Source: an uncultured Bacilli bacterium (lineage in GTDB: Bacteria > Bacillota_I > Bacilli_A > RF39 > UBA660). From it: a DNA stretch of 64,000 nt. A program made the translations under genes and the position numbers. Shown here in pieces: positions 61,897-64,000 of the stretch; positions within the stretch are counted from its first letter, which is position 1, and every line of letters begins with the position of its first letter. The DNA lies in the NCBI GenBank assembly GCA_963931305.1, contig OZ006994.1, forward strand, positions 218,955 through 282,954. Direction: 5' to 3'. The notes beneath the pieces are model-generated. The model ran no database searches and was not told the origin of the DNA. It worked only from the letters and a program-made list of their open reading frames with translations.

Positions 61897-64000
61897 ATGT
61901 TAAAAAGAGTTAAGAAAATACAAAAAAATAAACAAGTATTGATACTTGCTCTTTTTGCGTGCATTCTTCCTATTACAACGATTGCTTTTACCTATGGAGC
62001 ACTTAAAACATCAAATCCAGTAAATACAATTTCTAAAGGGATTGTTGGAGATACTGTTTATGTAAGCGATGCTACCAGTGATTATTATTACTATACAGGA
62101 CAAAATTATACACATTCTACCAATTCTCAATTACCATCATTAGATAATAAAAATTATTATAATGACTCTAATTTGGTAAAAGTTAAGATTATTTATGATG
62201 GAACTAGTTATGATGGAAACCATACAGGATATGTATCACTTACTGAACGACAAAGTAAATTTGTATATGAGAAATATTATCCTGTGGAAAATAATGAAAT
62301 TGAAATTGAATTAATTGATAATCCTTTTGCAGATCATCCTAACACTTATGCATTTAATGGTTGGGTAACTGATTATAAAGGAGCAGAAGTTTCTTTTGAT
62401 GAGGATTATTATGTAAGATATGTTCATGTTCCAGTTACTTTTTCTGGGGGAATACCAAATGAAATTGAAATTCATATGTATGCTTCATGGACAAGAGCAA
62501 CTGTTGCATATGTAAATGGCAGTGTATCAGTGAATCAAGCCCAAGCACAATTAAATAGTGCTGGAATGCATGAGATATCTACTGTAAATTATATTTATGA
62601 ATATCCTGATGTAAATGGTTATTATAAAGGAAGTACCATTACAACAACAGCTACAAAGTCATTATTTGGTGGTACAGATGTAGAATATGGTACTTGTACG
62701 GATTGTTATGATGAAGATGGAAACTATCATAGTAATTATCAATGTCCTGCTCCATCTTTTGGTTTTTTAGAAACCGGAACCAAAACAAATACTTGTAATG
62801 TTTATTTTTTACAAGATGAGAATGATACTTTTGAAGTTGGTACGACTTATTATGAAAAAAACTGGAATGGGTTTGTTGACGCGAATTTAGAAGCTACGAT
62901 TATTGGAACAGAAGAAAGTGATTTGTTTGATGAAAATACAAATATGTCAGGGTATTATCGTCAAGTGTCTGTTTCTTATGGTAGTAGTTTAAATGGTTAT
63001 TATAGTAATACAGGTGCGAAAGAAACAGGAACTTGTAATGTTAGAAATGGTTGTACAGCATATGAACTCATTCAATTTTATAAAGATGATGGTACAGAAG
63101 AGTTACTAAATCCAGATGAAACTTATTACTATTTGACAACAAGAGATACGAATCTATTAGTCATGAATGGAAATATGTCTAGCTCTTGGGATGAAGATAG
63201 TACCAAGCCATTTACATTAACTGGTATTTATCAAGGAAGAGATTATAATCCAACTTGGACAGTTAGTGGAGAAAGTGTTATTTGTTATTCTGATATTCGT
63301 ATTGAAAATATTAGAATTGCTACAACAACAAGGCAAGGAGAATCAGACCCAAGTTCTAGTAATAATGCAAGTGCTACGTTATATGGAAATTATCACAATG
63401 TAAAAATTGGAAGAAATATTAAACAAAGTGGAAATTATGTTAATTTTACTTCCTTATTAGGTGGTTTAAATAATACAAGTATTTGGGGAGGTGGAAGTTT
63501 TGGCTCTGCTTCTAATCCAGAACGTTACCGTTTTGTGGTAGAATCTGGTAGTTATAACTCATCTTCTGCAACGATGGGTTCTAGAACAGGTACAACGGGA
63601 ACACAACTTTATACTGAAATGGATGTTATTTATGGAAATGATTATGATAGAGTAACAGAAAATAATAATCTATTACGTATTTATTTTTGTACTGCTGGTG
63701 CCTGGGGTGGAAGAATCTATTCTAGTAATGATGCGATGATTCCAGCAATTAATACCATTGTAAAAAGTGGTAATTTCGGAACCAATGATATTGATCATAC
63801 TTCTGGTATTTATGTTGGTGGTCGTGACGGAGGAACACACTATGCTGTTAGAACCTTAAAAGTAGAGGGTGGTTCTATCCGTAATTTAATTGGAGGACCA
63901 TTAACTGCTTCATCAAAAAGTGAACAAAACGATATATTTATTTATATGACTGGTGGAGAAGTGGATATGATTGTAGGAGGAGCGGGTACTTCTGAAACAT
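61897..64000 (+). CDS. large secreted glycine-rich (beta-helix-like) protein, 5' partial (runs off window end)
   Basis: GGAGG RBS, signal/TM N-terminus, >700 codons open to the window end, Gly/Asn/Thr-rich repeats (GGRDGGTHY, GGEVDMIVGGAGTSE). Confidence 0.5.
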   Translation, partial: MLKRVKKIQKNKQVLILALFACILPITTIAFTYGALKTSNPVNTISKGIVGDTVYVSDATSDYYYYTGQNYTHSTNSQLPSLDNKNYYNDSNLVKVKIIYDGTSYDGNHTGYVSLTERQSKFVYEKYYPVENNEIEIELIDNPFADHPNTYAFNGWVTDYKGAEVSFDEDYYVRYVHVPVTFSGGIPNEIEIHMYASWTRATVAYVNGSVSVNQAQAQLNSAGMHEISTVNYIYEYPDVNGYYKGSTITTTATKSLFGGTDVEYGTCTDCYDEDGNYHSNYQCPAPSFGFLETGTKTNTCNVYFLQDENDTFEVGTTYYEKNWNGFVDANLEATIIGTEESDLFDENTNMSGYYRQVSVSYGSSLNGYYSNTGAKETGTCNVRNGCTAYELIQFYKDDGTEELLNPDETYYYLTTRDTNLLVMNGNMSSSWDEDSTKPFTLTGIYQGRDYNPTWTVSGESVICYSDIRIENIRIATTTRQGESDPSSSNNASATLYGNYHNVKIGRNIKQSGNYVNFTSLLGGLNNTSIWGGGSFGSASNPERYRFVVESGSYNSSSATMGSRTGTTGTQLYTEMDVIYGNDYDRVTENNNLLRIYFCTAGAWGGRIYSSNDAMIPAINTIVKSGNFGTNDIDHTSGIYVGGRDGGTHYAVRTLKVEGGSIRNLIGGPLTASSKSEQNDIFIYMTGGEVDMIVGGAGTSET

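Overview
Very AT-rich (roughly 28-30% GC) chromosomal segment from an endospore-forming Firmicute with Bacilli/Erysipelotrichia-like gene order. The spore-former call rests on Spo0A, an alpha/beta-type SASP, SpoVG, YabG-Veg and YabP-YabQ-DivIC in this window. Most of the window is densely packed core housekeeping and sporulation-associated genes: rbfA, tyrS behind a T-box leader, rpsD, ezrA, thiI, clpP, gap-pgk-tpiA interrupted by membrane and glycolipid genes, spo0A, dus, lysS, ackA, nrnA, prfB with its programmed +1 frameshift, ftsEX, yabG-veg-spoVG-yabP-yabQ-divIC, recU-PBP1, engB and der. No transposase, integrase, CRISPR array or rRNA/tRNA gene was seen. The unusual part is the last ~14 kb (50.2-64 kb). 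It holds a SipW-type signal peptidase, an apparently catalytically dead SipW paralogue and at least five TasA/camelysin-like proteins on both strands. Packed into the same operon are a membrane-anchored McrB-family AAA+ (AAA_5) NTPase, a 382-aa partner and two further unknown proteins. A second paralogous family recurs at 23.7 kb, at 26.4 kb as a fragment and at 50.2 kb fused to a TasA-like domain. It shares a LWRI ... IRPA-Y ... SG-G ... PY-I-G module, and its 23.7 kb copy sits directly behind spo0A with a 0A box. Other oddities are a 507-aa helical protein with a RelE/HigB-like C-terminus, a GAPDH N-terminal fragment duplicated immediately upstream of gap, and a sortase B gene with a beta-helix surface substrate. 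All functional calls are from motif recognition by eye; no database search was possible.
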